Origin: Candidatus Methylacidiphilales bacterium
GTDB taxonomy: Bacteria; Verrucomicrobiota; Verrucomicrobiia; Methylacidiphilales; JAAUTS01
Direction of reading: 5' to 3'
Assembly (NCBI GenBank): GCA_028713655.1
Contig: JAQTNW010000015.1
Span: 2,360-66,359, forward strand
DNA length: 64,000 nucleotides
In this document: positions 62,862 to 64,000 of the stretch, piece by piece
Position numbering within the stretch: the stretch's first letter is position 1
Layout of the letters: each line of letters opens with the position of its first letter
Program-made: the position numbers and the translations under genes
The notes under the pieces: generated by a model
The model's input: the letters and a program-made list of their open reading frames with translations, nothing else
Database searches by the model: none
What the model was told of the DNA's origin: nothing

Positions 62862-62881
62862 GTCCGCCACGGCGGACTTTT
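62862..62881 (+). terminator. Intrinsic terminator candidate after tonB
   Basis: GTCCGCC-AC-GGCGGAC followed by TTTT, starting 11 nt after the tonB stop. Confidence 0.5.
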
Positions 62882-63149
62882 GAGTGCGCAGACAGGTCTG
62901 CGCTTTGAAACGGGCGACATGTCGCCCGTAGGGAAAGCGGCGTCGTGCCGCCGCAGTCCAAATTTGTCACATGGCGATCCACCTCCGCGTCTGCGCGAGA
63001 TCATGTGTTAGAGCACCATACAGGTCTAGGGGTATGCCGTAAAATCACCGTGTGTCCGGCAGGATGCCGGACACTGAAGGCGAGACGCCCGCGCTCTCGT
63101 CGAACAAACAAAACCGCGTCTTTGCGGCTTACGCCCTTCGCGTTAAATT

Positions 63150-64000
63150 TTATTTCTTGGTCAGGGTAGCGGCGCGGGCGAGGCCGTCTTCGCGCGTTGA
63201 AAATTTGCCTTCCAACTGCTCATCCATCAGTTGCGTGAGCAGGCGACCGAGTTCCTTGCCCGGACGGACGCCCAGCTTCAGAAGGTCGTTGCCGTTGACC
63301 AGCGGTTTGGGTTTGATTTCTTCCTTTGAAAACTTTTCACGCTGCTCGCACAGGAATTTGTAAATGTCCAGCAGGGCATGGCTCGACAGGCAGTCGATGC
63401 GGTGCAGTTCGAGCTCGATGTCGAACCAGGGCCGGGCGAGAAAACGTTTCAAGGTACTGAGCCGCATCTGCGGCGCGTCTTTGAACGCCATGTGGTTGGC
63501 AACGCAGGCTTTGACAGCCTCGATGGTGTCATTGGAAAAACGCAGGCGTTGCAGGATATTTTCGGCCTTAACCGCTCCCACCGATTCGTGCCCGTTGAAA
63601 CGGATTCGCCCGGTCTTGTCCACGGTGAAGGTGTCAGGCTTGGCGATGTCGTGCAGCAAAACCGAAAGCGCCAGGATGGGGTCCGGATTTTTCAGTTGGC
63701 CGATCATCAGCCGGACATGGGTGAAGACATCGCCTTCGGGATGGAATTGGGGTGGTTGTTCCACGCCCTTCATTTTGTCAATCTCCGGAATCCAGACACG
63801 GAACAATCCGCTGCGGTCGAGCAGGTCGAAGGCTTTGAGCGGGTGGGAGCCGGCAAGGGACTTGATGATTTCATCCCGGACGCGTTCGGGCGCAAGGCTG
63901 CGGGCCTGCTCCGCCAGGGCGCAAAGGGCTTTCCAGGTTTCTTTTTCGATTTCAAAATCCAGTTCCGAGGCAAAACGAATGGCCCGGAAAAGCCGGAGAT
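63150..64000 (-). CDS. cca: CCA-adding enzyme / poly(A) polymerase family tRNA nucleotidyltransferase; C-terminal part with HD domain, runs off the right edge
   Basis: The ORF-track piece 63150..63806 continues open to the edge in the same frame (LRLFRAIRFASELDFEIE...). HD motif LLHDIAKP. Confidence 0.8.
   Translation of the reverse strand, partial: LRLFRAIRFASELDFEIEKETWKALCALAEQARSLAPERVRDEIIKSLAGSHPLKAFDLLDRSGLFRVWIPEIDKMKGVEQPPQFHPEGDVFTHVRLMIGQLKNPDPILALSVLLHDIAKPDTFTVDKTGRIRFNGHESVGAVKAENILQRLRFSNDTIEAVKACVANHMAFKDAPQMRLSTLKRFLARPWFDIELELHRIDCLSSHALLDIYKFLCEQREKFSKEEIKPKPLVNGNDLLKLGVRPGKELGRLLTQLMDEQLEGKFSTREDGLARAATLTKK

Noticed and set aside
1-64000. tRNA, rRNA, tmRNA, RNase P or SRP RNA genes
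   Set aside because: I found no cloverleaf-like or conserved-core sequence while reading the intergenic regions. This was by eye only, and tRNAscan/cmscan would be needed to exclude them.

Overview
This 64-kb window is GC-rich bacterial chromosome. Hand counts on typical 60-nt lines give about 53-72% GC. Gene content and the intergenic repeat style look Verrucomicrobiota-like, but that is an inference and no search was run. I saw no rRNA, tRNA, CRISPR array or intact mobile element.

Housekeeping genes:
- ribD (edge-truncated), ftsY, nusB, ribH, ribBA, alaS, aguA and aguB
- fmt, tatD, ridA, pyrE, an MsbA-like ABC exporter, an LptF/G permease and cca (edge-truncated)

Accessory modules:
1. An MNIO (DUF692) RiPP operon of the bufferin/Hvf type on the minus strand, 8854-11510, in the order DoxX, 6-Cys secreted precursor, DUF692, DUF2063. 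An ECF sigma/anti-sigma pair sits upstream and is separated from it by a small low-GC islet. The islet holds an IS1-like transposase remnant, a GIY-YIG-like ORF and a zinc-ribbon miniORF.
2. A type II secretion-like pseudopilin and secretin cluster, 16636-25764, with no ATPase or platform gene in the window.
3. My top candidate for an undescribed system: a 13-kb minus-strand operon, 36254-49215. Its order is ECF sigma, anti-sigma, a secreted 289-aa protein, a CsgG/LpoB-like two-module protein, then three tandem secreted paralogs of about 1050-1125 aa. Four gene junctions are ATGA overlaps. Two of the paralogs share a 310-bp tract that is 100% identical.
4. A Fur/Zur-type metal locus, 52768-62851. 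It contains zur, a palindromic operator, znuA, an unknown ORF, znuC, znuB, a DUF318 permease with its TIGR03943 partner, a small CPxC membrane protein, a beta-barrel OMP, a decayed TonB-dependent receptor, and exbB-exbD-tonB.
5. Two type II toxin-antitoxin cassettes, one of them flanked by 42-bp direct repeats, plus a third ECF sigma operon.

Almost every intergenic region is filled with an unusual family of word-array repeats: 7-9-nt words repeated two to four times, often with an inverted partner. These include exact 28-31-nt copies tens of kb apart.

All calls rest on the supplied ORF track, hand translation and motif recognition. No alignments, HMM searches or folding were run.
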